Shown here: one piece after another, positions 1-13,251 of the stretch
How the letters are laid out: every line of letters begins with the position of its first letter
Numbering within the stretch: the first letter of the stretch is position 1
Assembly (NCBI GenBank): GCA_016748015.1
Contig: JAAOMT010000135.1
Coordinates: 186,001-250,000 of the forward strand
Length of the DNA stretch: 64,000 nt
Direction of reading: 5' to 3'
DNA from: Geosiphon pyriformis uo1
Taxonomy: Eukaryota; Fungi; Glomeromycota
Program-made: the position numbers and the translations under genes
The notes under the pieces: model-generated
The model's database searches: none
What the model saw: the letters and a program-made list of their open reading frames with translations, nothing else
Told to the model about the DNA's origin: nothing

Positions 1-1340
1 AATATAAGGTTGGATTTGGGGGTTAAGGTCTTTGGTTTGATGTCTTTTACTTTGGTGGAATTGCAGGCTATTGCTTTGACTCTTAAATGTGTTTTTTCTT
101 GAAGCTTAATTCATCTTTTTACAGACAATCAAGCTGTCTTGGATGCATGTAAGTCGGAATTGAGTCTAATGTGTCCAGATTTTCAGAATTGGTGTTGAAT
201 TAAGTGTCAGCATATTGTGAATATAATTAGAAAAAAGAATATAAATATTAGTTAACACAAAGTGAAAGATCATTTAGAAGTCTTAGATAATAAACATGCT
301 GATATACTTGCTAACACTGCTTTTCTTTTTTTCTGGTATCTTTCTTTCTTGCTTGGAAAAGCATTGCATTTTGGCTAAAGATAATGTCATTTCTGATAAT
401 CTTAGACATTTTGTTCATGAAGTCTTTTGAGTTATTTATTATACATGTTGGGAAGTTGGTTTTGGTTTTAAAGTTTTGAATAATAATTTGCTCTTGAACA
501 TTGATTGGCTTAGCTCATCTTTGGTGTAACATTCTAATTCACATATGGTTGTTGGTTTTACTAGTAAATTTACTGTTAGTGCTTATACATACTTCATGAA
601 AGCTTTATATTATTGGCTACCTGTCACTGTTTGAAAACACTTATATAACAAGTGTTACTCCAGTGTGTTATGTTTGTATTGTGACAAGGTTGAAATTTTA
701 GACCATGTTTTTTCTTGTGTAGTTGATAATTCTGTTTACTGTCAATTGTTGAATGCCTATGTAACTGCTTGGGGTGTGATTTTTAGTCTCTTTTTTTTTT
801 CATGTGTATCTTAATTGTTGTTCTTCTGTGTTATAAATACTACAATATATTTGGCTCTATATAAAAACTTTGTTTTTAGAAATTGGTTTTAGAAGGCTGT
901 ATCTGTTTTCAGTGGTTCCAAAATAGCAGTTCAGAAGGTTGTAAACTTTGTGCATAACTTCTGTCTCACTTTCAGAACTGAGATTTGGTTGGTCTAAGCT
1001 AAACATTATGCTTTCATAGAAAAGAATAGGCTTATATTAATTGATGATTTGGCTTTAGTTTTGGTTTCTGGGCTGTCTTCAGTGCTTTTTGCTGGTATGA
1101 TTAAGTTGTTGAGAATTACTAAAGCATTTGGAGTTGGTTTTGGTTTTCATAAATGTAGTTTGTTTTTTTAGGTATTAGGAACTCAGTCTTGGTTTATGTA
1201 AGTACTTAGTGTTGTTCTGATTGGCCCAAATGATTGGTTATATGTAAAAAATACATAATTTACACTTAATTTAGATCAATTTTTGATGTATAGTATTAGG
1301 CAGTATTTGAACTTCACTTATTAAATAAATAAATAAATAA
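1..1340 (+). mobile_element. 3' part of non-LTR (LINE family A) retrotransposon: RNase H, zf-RVT-like CxxC..H..C, 3' UTR, (TAAA)n tail; pseudogenised
   Basis: Reads STLVELQAIAL...FTDNQA...VKDH...NKHADILA (RNase H) and CLYCDKVEILDHVFSC; homologous to the copies at 10.3-11.7 kb and 49.8-50.9 kb; ends in taaataaataaa. Confidence 0.85.
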
Positions 1341-1344
1341 ATAT

Positions 1345-1650
1345 ATTTTGGCAAACTAAAAATATATTTTATTAAACTACAAGTTATTTTTGCAAACTAT
1401 AAATTATTTTAATAAACTGTTAAATATTTTGTTAAATTATTAAATATTTTAACAAATTTTGAATATTATATAATTCAATATATTATATGATTTAATTATT
1501 ACAATTTTTGTTATATTTATGTTCTATATAAATTAAATTATTAATAAATTGAGAATTTAAGTAATTTAATAAAATAATAAGTAATAAATTAATAATAAAA
1601 ATTATAAAATAATTTTATGTTAAATAATATTTTAAATTTTACTGATAATA
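1345..1650 (-). repeat. Decayed U3 half of a family-E3 LTR, interrupted by the LINE tail
   Basis: Reverse complement aligns with 55044-55400 (gcaaactaaa..ctacaagttattt); actgataata at 1641-1650 is the decayed complement of TGTTACCAGT. Confidence 0.65.
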
Positions 1651-1789
1651 CTAATTAATAAGCTGGTTTTTTTTGTTTTTATTATTAATATTATTATTAT
1701 CTTTTTGCAAATAATTAGAAAAACTAAAAAATTAAAAAAACAATAGCAGTAATTTGTGTTTACTATTATTATACTAAAATTTTTTGTGG

Positions 1790-2460
1790 TGTTACAAATA
1801 ATTATTTGGGATGTTAAAACAAATAACAAATCCATAACTTAGTACTTAATAATTGGTAATATTGGTAATTTTTGAAGGTTTTGAAGTCTAAAAGTTTTGG
1901 TTAAGTCTTTTGTATAATAAACAAAAATTTAATTGATGGTTTCTTTCATGAATTTTTTTTTAACATGATGACCAGTTTATTCTAATAGTTATATTCTTTT
2001 AATAAACTATTTTTAAATTTTTACTCTTATTTCTGGATTTTTTATTAGGCTATCTTTGACATTAAATACTTAGTATTTAATTCTTTTAATTAATTAGCAA
2101 ACAACAAAAAAATGAAATAAAAAAAAAGAAAAAAAAAGAAAAAAGAAAAATAAGAAATTAATATTCTGTCAATAGCCATAATTAAAAGCTATTGGTCTAG
2201 TATAATTAAGTATTAGATTTTATTAACATGGAGTGTTGATAGAATAAAATGAATTAATATTTTTTTAATCAAATAATAATAACATGAATTCAATAATAAT
2301 AAATAATTTTATTAATATAAGAATAATTTTACTTCAAGTTATAGAAAACTATTTTTTAAAGGAAAGAGTATTGTTCTAAATTAATATAAACTTTATTGAA
2401 TTCTCTTGGAATTACTTTTTTTGCTTTTAATATTTTTATTATATATATATAATTTATAAT
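1790..2460 (-). repeat. Partial LTR of the E2-like family
   Basis: Starts TGTTAC at 1790 and aligns with the reverse complement of 41200-41839 (tccataacttagtactt; gtcaatagccata..gctattg). Confidence 0.75.
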
Positions 2461-2561
2461 ACTTGAAGTGAAATAAGTTTTGTATTCAAGAAACCAAATC
2501 TTTGTATAAGAGTTTTGGCTTTTTTAGCAATAATCAAAACTCTTAAAACATCTAATTATAT
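2461..2561 (-). pseudogene. Fragment of a second E4 ORF3 copy, abutting the E4 LTR
   Basis: About 100 bp direct repeat of ~3342-3441 (agagttttggct..tagcaata..aaaactctt..acatctaatt). Confidence 0.7.
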
Positions 2562-3215
2562 TGTTACAAGTTGGAGTAACAAGCTAATGAATAGCAAAGA
2601 GGAACAAGATTGTAAGGTGATGAAAAAAATCAAAGAAAATTCAACTTCAAAGAGCAAATTGAATAAGTATGGATTCAATGTGCAAGATCAGTCTCATAAA
2701 ATATTTTAGTTACTATACTTTTTAAAAGATAACTGGGGAATTTGAAGGTAAAGAGATAGTCTGTACTGTCAACAAATGATCATGCCTGTTATAATTCTAT
2801 GCCTCATATCAGCACTCTTAGAATTCAATATCAGGTATCAGATGTACTCTTCAGTCACACTTTATTCAATAATCTTTAAATGCTACAATTATACAAGTTA
2901 GGAAAAGGATAGATAAATGCCAACAAGTAATCTTTTATCCCAAGATGTTTAGATACTTGAAAATAAGGAAAGAAAAATTAGCAATAAGAAAAGAATTGAG
3001 ATGAAGTTGTTATTTTATTTTATTTCTTTCTTTGATTCCTACATGTTTTTCTACAGCTAAGAAATTTATCACTTATATAACTATCAAAAATAGTCAATGA
3101 TCAGGTCAACAATTAGATCAATAATCACTTTCTAAAAATAGAGTGGCTAATTTATATAACATCAGTGGCTAATACATGTAATAATTAATAAGAAGTATAA
3201 GTTTCAACTATAATA
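2562..3215 (-). repeat. 3' LTR of Gypsy family E4
   Basis: TGTTAC at 2562; on the minus strand a purine tract gaagaggatga precedes decayed TATTATAG (ancestral TGTTACAG) at 3215; contains a TGATCA hairpin at ~2770-2790. Confidence 0.65.
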
Positions 3216-3624
3216 TCATCCTCTTCAAAGAGATTGAACTCCAGTAAAATCAAGCTATTCATAATGTAATCTAATTGAAGAGTTTTATTTAACTCAAGGC
3301 TAATTAGTTTGTTAAAGTCTTTTGTGGATAGGATATATAATACTTGAGATGAAATGAGTTTTGTATCTAAAAGACTAAATCTTTGTATTAGAGTTTTGGC
3401 TCTTTTAGCAATAGTTAAAACTCTTGGAACATCTAATTGTATAATGCCCAAAATTTTTGCTTGTATCTCTAAAATTGTTTTCTTTATGAGTTTCATATTC
3501 TCTATGATTTCACCAAAGCAACCATAAAGTTTTAATTGCCTTCTATATGACAAGTTTTTGTCTATGGATAAGATTTTTTGGAGTGTTTTTTCAATTGTGC
3601 TAAAAGATGGAAGTATAGCTGCTA
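3216..3624 (-). pseudogene. E4 ORF3-like remnant (env-position ORF of the Gypsy lineage)
   Basis: ORF 3185-3553 LYGCFGE...IAKRAKTLI...ISSQVLYILSTKDFNKL follows the ORF3 pattern of E1-E3 and ends at the same GGAG(C/T)TCA + PPT motif. Confidence 0.6.
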
Positions 3625-6600
3625 TTATTTTATTTTATTTTGTTAATGTGTAGTCACACTGGTCTTTTATTAGTTTAGCCATACTCAAAAAGTATGGCTT
3701 TTTTATAAAGCCAACTCACTCAATAAAACTAATTACAAGATATGACTAACCACTAAGTAGTTATGCCTAACTACATACTAGTATAACCAGAAAATCTATG
3801 AAGTATTACACTATTATACAAAGTAATTTTACTACAAAAAACATTAACCAGAATCTTATTACATCTTGTGAATCCACCACTTATTTTAACTTTGGGTTTG
3901 CCAGATTTTTACTATTGCTCTTTGATTTTTTATGTATGTTGAATATACTTCATGGGCTTCTCTTAATTCTGTTATCAATATCTGTTAATATTTCCCATTC
4001 AGTTTGTAATTTGCAACAGTCTTCCTATAATCTGTTTTTCGCCTGAGCTACTATCCATTTACACACCTTAATTAATATATTATTATTAGTCTTTTGATTA
4101 ATATCAACAAAAGCATTGATTCTTTCAAAATGCTTATTGATCAGTCCTTTGCAAACCAGATCTATGTTGGGTGTTGACATAATGTATTTATTAGATAGTA
4201 CAATCTTTTTATCAGTGTTTAAGGTTTTATGTTCCTCTCTCACAGTCTTTGATAAGCTCCACATTCACTTATTTCTTACATCAACAATCAGCATCTTGCC
4301 CTCTTGGGTATTCAGGGAGCATTTCCAAAAGTGCTAGTTAGTTTCCATCTCCTTGTGACATGTTTTGCAAAGATTGTTCAGGTATACAAGGAGACATATA
4401 TTGTATAGCATCTCTGCTGTTGGCAGCATGTTGTGAAATAATTTCATAATAAATGTATGCATTGCTGAAGATCCAGCTGAGGTGAAGCCTAATGACATTT
4501 TATCATCTTAGTTCTAAACCTTGGTTGTACTCTCCCAGTTTATATCTTGGTCTAAAGGCCTTAATGTCTCTTGAACTTTGTCATTGTTTATCCAATCCAA
4601 AGCTGCTTGCAGTCCAATTTGTTGGCTTAGAAAGTGTCTAATATTTAGATCCAACTCAATTTCTTCACAAAAGGGAATGTAATTGGTATTCTTAGTGTTA
4701 TAGGCCCACCTTACTGTATTAAAAGTGATAGCTTTTTTGGCTAGTTTATTAGTCATCTTATTTTCAGATATTTCAATGTATACAGCTACTTTATTTATTT
4801 TGAAATCAATTCTTTTTTCACCTATTACTGCTTTAATTGTATTCCATATGCACCAGTTAGGAGTCTTGAATTGATTCCTAATAAATAAAAGAAAATCTTT
4901 AAATAACTATTTTTGAGCTGTTAACACTACCGCTTGACTGTCTGTGTTCAATGTCAGTTTGCATTTGTAAGGTACTGCTTCCAAAGCCAATAATACAGCT
5001 TTTGTCTCAGTTTTTGTTGATGACAGAGTTTTATCAACTATTATATCAAAGTTGGCTTCTATTCTATGTGTTACAAAAACAGCTGCTCCTTTAATATCCT
5101 CAGACCCAGCTTTTACTAGTGAGCCATCTGTTGATATTTCTATTTCTTTTCTGAGTCTTAACTTTTTTCATACATTTCTCTATTGTGGTAATAAGGTGAC
5201 AAGAATTTGGATGTAAATAGAGTCTCTTTGCATTGTTTTTAGGTCATCTGGCATTTGGTTATCAAGTTTGTGCATCCCCAATACTTCACATTAGACTACA
5301 TCAATGTTCTTGTATTTATTCATAATGATTGTGGATTCTAATATCTTAAACCACTTAAATATTCTACCACTGTCATTTTGTCTATATCTTCTTGTAAAGT
5401 CCAATCATGTCATTAATAATCTATTCTTGTTTTGTATCTGATGTAAATACAAAATGTTCTTCTTCTTTAGTAAGCTTCTAACTTTAGTGTAGGTTGTACA
5501 TAAAGTTATAACAGTCTCAATTAAGTGTGCTTGAGATCTTAAAGATTTAGGAACCCTGTTTGTGTTACCAGAGCTTTTGAATGAAATGTTTCTTTCCTCC
5601 ATTATCTGCATAATATTTGCTATAAGATTAACTCTTGGCTTAAATTATTCATTATTGGGGTATTTAAGTACACTTTGAGCTAACCATTTTTGTGTCTGCA
5701 AGTTGGCTAGTCTGATTTTAATAGTCATTCCAGCAATATTATTACTGTTCAGTTTAACCAACAAATCTGAGATCTTGTTTTTCGCCTATATATCATCAAT
5801 TTTGAACAAGTTGTAAAAAGATAAGTAATGCATAGTACTGGCTGGAAAATTTATTGAGAGATTTGCCTTTTTTTTACAGTGGCTGAGATCTTTGAAGTCT
5901 ATTTTTTGATCTAACTATTTGAAATATGGATCAATTAAGACCTAAATTCTATTGCTAGACTAAGTATACTGTTGAAGATATATATTGCCTGTTTTTCAGT
6001 GATGTGTTTCTTTTTAATAACTCCACATATTACTTTAATATCAGATCCTATTATTTTCAGTACAGTTTCATTTTTTCTATCAGCCCTAATTCATATCTTC
6101 AAATATCGGGTGCATGTAAATGGATTCAGCAGTTTCAGAATTTGTTTGTTTGGCCCAAATTTTAATGGCTCAACCAAACCTGATTTCTTTTTGTAGAATC
6201 TGATCATTATTGTTTTAGTCTTGTCTAAGTTGATCTCAATATCCACCATTCTAAAGAAGGAGCTGACTGTGTTCAGAATACTCTGCATTTTCTGTCTTGA
6301 ATTAGCTATCTATACTATGTCATTGACAAAGGCAAGATGGTTCACTGATACTGACAGAAATTGTGTTTCTGTTTGATTGTTCCACTTTTTCCAATTAGCT
6401 GTTAATTTGTACTTTTAACTATAATTGGCCTGTTTTACTTCACACAGTAAGAGGTTATAGAAAATTTTCTACATAATAAGTAAGCTTGTTTTCCTCTGAT
6501 CTAGACCATCTTGTACTTGATATTTATCACTTAAACTAAATTCAGTTATGATTCTATTGTTTCTGTTGTTGTGCATCAAGCCAAATAGCTCAATAAATCT

Positions 6601-7020
6601 ATTGTTTATCTTAATCCTCTTAAGTACAGTTTTCATAGATTTCCATCCCACTGAATTATATGCCTTTTTTATGTCCTAAAATGTAAACCAAGCCTCATTA
6701 CCAAATTCTCTTGCATGCTCAGCAACAGCATTAATCACATGAATTGGCACTGCTGTGAAAGTATTCTTTAGAACTGAGGTGTTGTAATCTTTTAAGATGT
6801 TGTGGAGCTCATATGCTTTTGATATTCTTACAGTTAGAATCTTAGTTAAAATTTTTCTGGTACTTTCAATAAGTGTAATTGGCCTAGTAATATTAATATT
6901 GTCATTTCATTCTTTTGGCTTTGGAATTAGTATAATTTGTGCTACTTTCCACTCCTCTGGCATGTTTGCTGCTTTTAAGCAAACATTAAGCAATGTTCTT
7001 AGTTTGGATTTGGTGTTAGA
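3625..7020 (-). mobile_element. Non-LTR retrotransposon family B, 5'-truncated ORF2 (RT, RNase H, Zn finger) with 3' UTR and (AAAAT)n tail
   Basis: RT segments TRPITLIESTRKI, VQDGLDQ, LAFVND; RNase H ISTDGSL..TETKAV..NTDSQA; CKTCH..ETN*HFWKC; tail attttattttatttt at 3625-3640. Confidence 0.8.
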
Positions 7021-7029
7021 CTCGAATTT

Positions 7030-7880
7030 GTTATTAAAAAAAATAAAAATTTGAATCTAAAACATTGTTTACTTTGGCTAAAAGATACAAAACTGTATCT
7101 AAAATACTTTTTAAACTGTTTTCTAATTTAGAAATTACTGAAAAATCCAAAGATGTTACTTTTATAATAGTCTTATTATCAGTGATTACACTTAAATTTT
7201 TATTCATTACTATATTTGTTCTTTGATTCTGTAATAAAAAGATTATTAATGGCTAATGTTTAGAACTAAACTGAGAAATCATTAGCTTAAGTGTATTTAA
7301 TCTTTTAATCAACTTACCAACTTGTCTCATAAGACTAACAAAACTATACTCAAGAGCAGTAAATTTAATATTTAATTTATTAGACATAAGTAAAGTAAGC
7401 TTTATCTTTAAAAAAGAGCCAAAATTCACAAAACTACTTTGTACAAAAAAAAAAAGAAATAAGATTTACTAACTATCTTAATTTAAGAAATATCATTAAA
7501 AAAGACAGGCTGAGCAATAAATGCCAAACATTTGGCATAAATAATAGCCAATCTGCTTTTATTTGTTTCTGATAAGCTTTTATAAATTAAGTTATCAGGA
7601 AACATTTTTCTACTTATAGTGTAGTTCAATAATATATGACCTAAATTCTCACACTTTATACACTTAGCCAAATTTAGATGAAACCAATACAAATTGGTGC
7701 CTTTTAATATTGGTATAGTTTTTATAACAGCTTCCAATAATTCAACAAAATCAAAACAGATTATTATACACCTAACTTAAATATATGTAACTAAATAACA
7801 ATTCATAATACATGTTTTTTTATTTACAGAACCAATAAAATCCCAAATATTGTGAGAATTAATTTCTATTGGCAATATGT
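7030..7880 (-). mobile_element. LINE family A ORF1 (C-terminal part with degenerate CCHC knuckle), split by a solo LTR
   Basis: KCIKCENLGHILLNY; homologous to 17870-18500 (+). Confidence 0.7.
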
Positions 7881-8852
7881 TGTTACCAGTAAAATTTTAG
7901 TTATTAATTAGCATGAAATTATCCTTATAAGTTCTATTATTAATTAGTATATATTATTATCATTTCAATTATCACTTATTATTTAACCAAATTATTAAAT
8001 ATTATTATTTAATTAATAATTCAATTTGTATTATAAAAATTAAAATGATCAAATTACACAATACTCTGAACCATTTAACATAGTCAAAATTCGCCAAAAT
8101 TGATAAAAATTGGCCGAAATAATCAATAATTTGTAGAAATAACTTATAGTTCACCAAAATATATCTTTAATTTGCCAAAATTAGAGCAAAGAGAAAAGTG
8201 CAAGTTCAAAGACTAGTACTACAACAAGTTGTATAAAAAAAGAGCTTCTCTCTTCAAAAAAATGTATCTTCTCATAGTATCTTACTATAGTATTTTACTT
8301 TAGATATCTTAATTAGAACAAATTACCTTTTACACATCTTAAATAAAAATTAAATATTCGAAAACCAAATCCTTTAAATTATTACACTTGAAATTCCCTT
8401 AACACAACTAATATTTTGAAATTGATTAGGTACCAATTTTATTAATTTGTTAGTGATTCCAGGTTTGGATAGAAAACGTTTCTCTTAACACAATTCTATT
8501 TTTTTTACATTTTTTTTATTTTTTTTCACTTTTTTTATTTAAATTATTAAGGTAGTCTACAGATAAGATTCCTGTAGAAGAGTTAATTTTCACAGCAAAG
8601 TAACTACACATTTTAGTAAACTTTCAAATAAGCAATTCTTAGGAAAGAGTTGATGTTTACTACAACATAACTACACAAAATAACTGGCAAGAAATTGGTC
8701 ATTTCACTTATAAGCCCAACAGTTCAAATTATAAGAGATAATTTGAAGATAAATTCAGGTATTGAAGATTTAACTACTTTCAGAAAACAGAAATTCACAA
8801 CAAACAAATATTAACAACATTCAAAAAAAAAGACCAAAAATCTTTGGTAATA
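7881..8852 (+). repeat. Solo LTR of family E3 with a probable 4-bp TSD (ATGT/ATAT)
   Basis: Full-length alignment to 55044-56066, TGTTACC...TAATA; removing it plus 4 bp restores the LINE ORF1 frame LLY(I/T)LP. Confidence 0.85.
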
Positions 8853-9860
8853 ATATAAAGCAATATTTTATTTTTGTTTTTTGCATTCCAAGATTTTTTG
8901 TCAATATTAGCTTTAATTACATACACTGCATTTTTTTCAATTAAAACAGACTATTTTATTATAAATAGATTAGCATGATTTGAATAGTCAAACTCAATTA
9001 CAGTTTTTTGCCACAGTCTTATCAGTTATATTTTGATTGACTTGATCTCTTCAAATTCAAATAGTGCAGCATACACAATATTAATCAATATTTTAATTAA
9101 AATTTTTTTTATCATTACAGTCCAATTTAAACATACAGTTGATTTTTTGAGATTAGTATTTACAATAATATTCTTGGTTTTTGCCAACTTAGTTATCTGT
9201 GTTAAACTAAATTCAAAAATAAATGTTTTTCTGATGGTTTTAGCAAATTTTGAAAAAATAGATGCTTTTCCAAAACTATTAATTTTTGAAAATAACTTCC
9301 TAATTATTAAAAGCTTGTTTTAAAAAAAAATTTTAACAACATTATTCAAACTAATGTCTAGAACAAATAATTTTTTGACAGAAATATTGACCAAATTTTT
9401 GAGAAAAAAGAAAAAAACTGGTAGAATATTTACTAAAATATTATAATTTTTATTACTCAAGAAGTTAATTTTTCTCAAAAGCATTCTCAATGCTTTTTTG
9501 GTCTTAACTTATAAATTTTTTGGTGTTCAATTGAATTCTTTTTCATTAAAGTATTGCTTTCATTATAATTAATACTAGGCTTCTTTACTAAATACTTTTT
9601 TTATATATTAATACTATTGAATTCAGTAATATTATTAGTTTTAGAGCTTTATGAGTAACTACTTAATGTTTTAACAGAAATTATCTTGTCTTTAATACTG
9701 TTTTTTAATGTATTATTCTTTTTTTTCTTTTTAGAAAAAACTTGTTTGCTATTACTATTAAAGCCAAGATTTTTAATAGACTTCTTTATAATAATAACAC
9801 TAAGACCAATAATAATTTCATAATTAAACAAAAAAAATTTAGATTTATTATATTAAATGA
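8853..9860 (-). mobile_element. LINE family A ORF1, N-terminal part (decayed)
   Basis: Continues ORF1 across the LTR; 9649-9831 is homologous to the ORF1 start at 54896. Confidence 0.65.
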
Positions 9861-10208
9861 TTAAAAAAAACTTTTTTTCAATAAATGTATTCTTTAGTAA
9901 ATTTTTGAATACAAGAAAAAAAGTACTTTTTTTTTTGTTATTGGTTTTTTATTAAAAATTTTATATTTTTTAAAAAAAACAAAATTATTTTAAATAATCT
10001 TTTTCTAAAAAACTTCAAAGAATAAAAAACTTTTAATCAAAAACAAAAATAATATTTTAAAAGCCAAATACTATTATTTTATTTAAAAAAATACTTTTCA
10101 AAATATTATTAAGTAATTGTAATAATTACAAATATTTTATTGATAAAAATACTATTATTTAATAAATATAAAAATATAAATTTTTTATTTAATAATAATG
10201 CATTTTAC

Positions 10209-12775
10209 TTTTTTTTTTTTTTTATTCATTTAATGAGTGAGGTCCAAACACTACTTAGAACTATACATCAATGAAATAATCTAAACTAAGCATGAATCAT
10301 GCATTTTCTACACGTAACCAGCCACTCAAGCCAGTTAGAACAACACTATACACTTATATTAACAGAAACCAGGTCACCAATACCTGAAAAAAATGAACAA
10401 AACTTGCGAAAGCCAAAATAGACACCAAAAGCTTCAGCAATACCAAGTAATTTAATTACACCAGCCAAGAACCCCGAAACCAAACCAGAGACTAAGATGA
10501 GGATTGAGTCATCTATAGGAATCAGGCCATTCTTTTCCATAAATGTGCGATGCTTAGTATAGACCAACCAAATGTTATTCCTGAAGACAAGACAAATAGA
10601 TTACACAAAATCAGAAATTCTAACACCAGCAACTTTGGGATCATAAAAGATGGAAATAGCCTCCCGAAGCCAACTATTGAAAACAAAACCCTTGTAAAGA
10701 GCTGAGAAAACTGAGAAATTCAAAACACAGATCAACAACAGTTGCAACACACCTGAAGAAGGAAGGGAGAGACCAAAAAGCACCCTTCAAGAAGACATAC
10801 AAGATTCCAAAACCTGATGATGAGCTGAATCATCAACCACACAAGAAAACATGTGGTCAGACACCTTGACCTCACCACAATACAGACACAAAACACTAGG
10901 GTAATATTTGTCATAAATGTACTTCCAAACAGCTATAGGAAGCTGACAGTGCAAAGTCTTTATGAGGTAAGTTTGAGTATTAGCAGTCAGCCTGCTGGTA
11001 AAACCAGTGGCCATATGCAAATCAGAGTGCCAAACTCTGAAAGAACAAAGCCAATCAACATTTGAACACAAATCACCATCTAAAAATTTAGAACCAGACT
11101 CAACCTCCTAACACGCTCAACAAACAGCATGAAAAACATTACGAACAAAATGTCTAGAATTACTAGATACAATACTACCATCTGCCAATAAAAAATGTTT
11201 ATCAACACGAAAAAGAAGATACCAACCAGAAAGAGACACAGTGTCAGTGAGGCTATCAGCATAATCATTCCCTGAGATACCAGAGTGGCCTTAATCTTGC
11301 ACCATTTAACTCTCAAATTCTTATTGTGAATAATATTCCTGATATGCTGACACTTGATTTAATACTGATTGTGAAAATCAGGATACACTAGATCAGACTC
11401 CGATCTGTAAACATCCAAAGCTGCCTGACTATCCGAAAACAGATGGACAGAATGAACTGCAGACACACACTCTAGAGCCAATGCAATAGTTTGTAGCTCC
11501 ACTAAAGTGGATAACATTAAGCTCTAAACACCAACACCCAACCCTAAATTAATGTTCTCAAAAAAGGCAGCAGCTCTGGCTCTACAACCAATTGTGCCCA
11601 AATTTTTTACTGAACCATCCATGTACACAGACAAGCTATCAGTGTCAACCTGAGAAAGACGATCACAGACAGATATAAAATCATTGGAACCATAAATGTC
11701 CAGAGGGCCAACACCAGCCAATGCTAAGAGAAAAAAACAAGGAGCCACAAGAAAAACAACAGAAATATCAAACCAATTGAGACCTGGACCACAAGGGTCC
11801 AGCCTCTTCCACTTCTTAAAGATGTGTTAGCTAAAGACACTACCAAAATGATCACGAAGCTGGTTCACAAAAACAATGCCATACTACTGGAGAGAAGATA
11901 AATTTTTACAAAACAGAGGCTCATCAAGAACAACAGAGATAGGTACTCCACTGTGAAACCGAAAAGAGCTGGCCAAAAAGCTGCCCAAAAATAGCTTGTA
12001 GTTGAAAAGAATGTGAATCATACCAGCTAAAAAATTATTTGAAACATTGACATGAATATGAGCAAGAGAGACCAATAGGTGGATAGATCGCCAATACTGA
12101 ACCTGTAAGTCATGAGATCTGTGACCGAACAAACATCCCAAAATTCCACCAGAGTTTGCAAAACTAATAAGTGAGGCAACTTTACCTTCAAATTGACACT
12201 GCAAAAAAGACTTCAAACCATAAAAGGAGGGGTAGTGAATTGTATCACTAGGAAAGTCCAGTGGAAGACCAGATTTTAGCTTTAAGCCCTTGCAAATCAA
12301 AGCATCCCATTTGTCATACACACCAACAGGAATAATGCTAAACTGTGTTCTATAGTTTACAATAGGGTAGAGAACCATTGAAACCAAATACAAGAACTGT
12401 TTATCCAAGACAGCTTTTTTCAACACCAAATTAGTAAAAAAATGAACATCCAAATGCGCCCTCACCAAACTAGGTTTGAAAAGACCTTCTGTTGAAAAAA
12501 AAATACCCAAGTATCTATGAAACTCCCTCTTTTTGGCGATTAAAATAGACAGACCACTAATAGTAAGAAAAGGATTACTGACTCTGCTATTAATAGAAAT
12601 CACCACTGTTTTGTCATTGTTAATTGAGATATCATTGATCCGAAAAAATTCACTGGTAATGTTGAAAATATATTGAGTAGCGTTTTGACTGCTACCAACC
12701 CAAATCATATTATTAACAAAGGTGCCAGCAGCAAAAAAGGAAGAATGTCCAGCACAAGACTCAGCATGATCATTC
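10209..12775 (-). mobile_element. 5'-truncated LINE family A (RT C-terminus, RNase H, zf, 3' UTR, poly-A)
   Basis: AGTFVNNMIWVG (ancestral FVDDTIW), HRYLGIF, VYMDGSV, CLYCGEVKVSDHMFSC; poly-T at 10209-10223 is the poly-A tail. Confidence 0.9.
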
Positions 12776-13251
12776 TTTATTGAAAATTCAAATTCAATAT
12801 ATATTTAAAATAATAAATGATTTGTTAAAGAGTTTTAATTAGTTCAAAAAATATATATTTTTTATAAATATTTGTGATTTTGAAGATTAATTTTTAGTTG
12901 TTATTAGTTATAGTAAATTGTATTAAATATAAGTTGTAGCAAAAAAATGATGTTTTATAAAGAAATAACAGAAAAATATATATGTAAGCATATTTATAAT
13001 AAACCAATAATTATTTGTTTAAAACTTTTAATAGTAAATTCAAAATAATAATGATAATTTTAGTTAAAATTGTTTTAAATAAATAAAGTTGTAATTTAAA
13101 ATAAAATTACGTAAAAAGCGAATATTACATAAAATTATTTAAACAGTTGTTTTTAATTATAATAATATTCATATTAAACATGATTGGCTAATGAATAATT
13201 AGTAGACTTTTGTTACACATTTTATATTGTAAATAAGCAAACAAAATTAAG

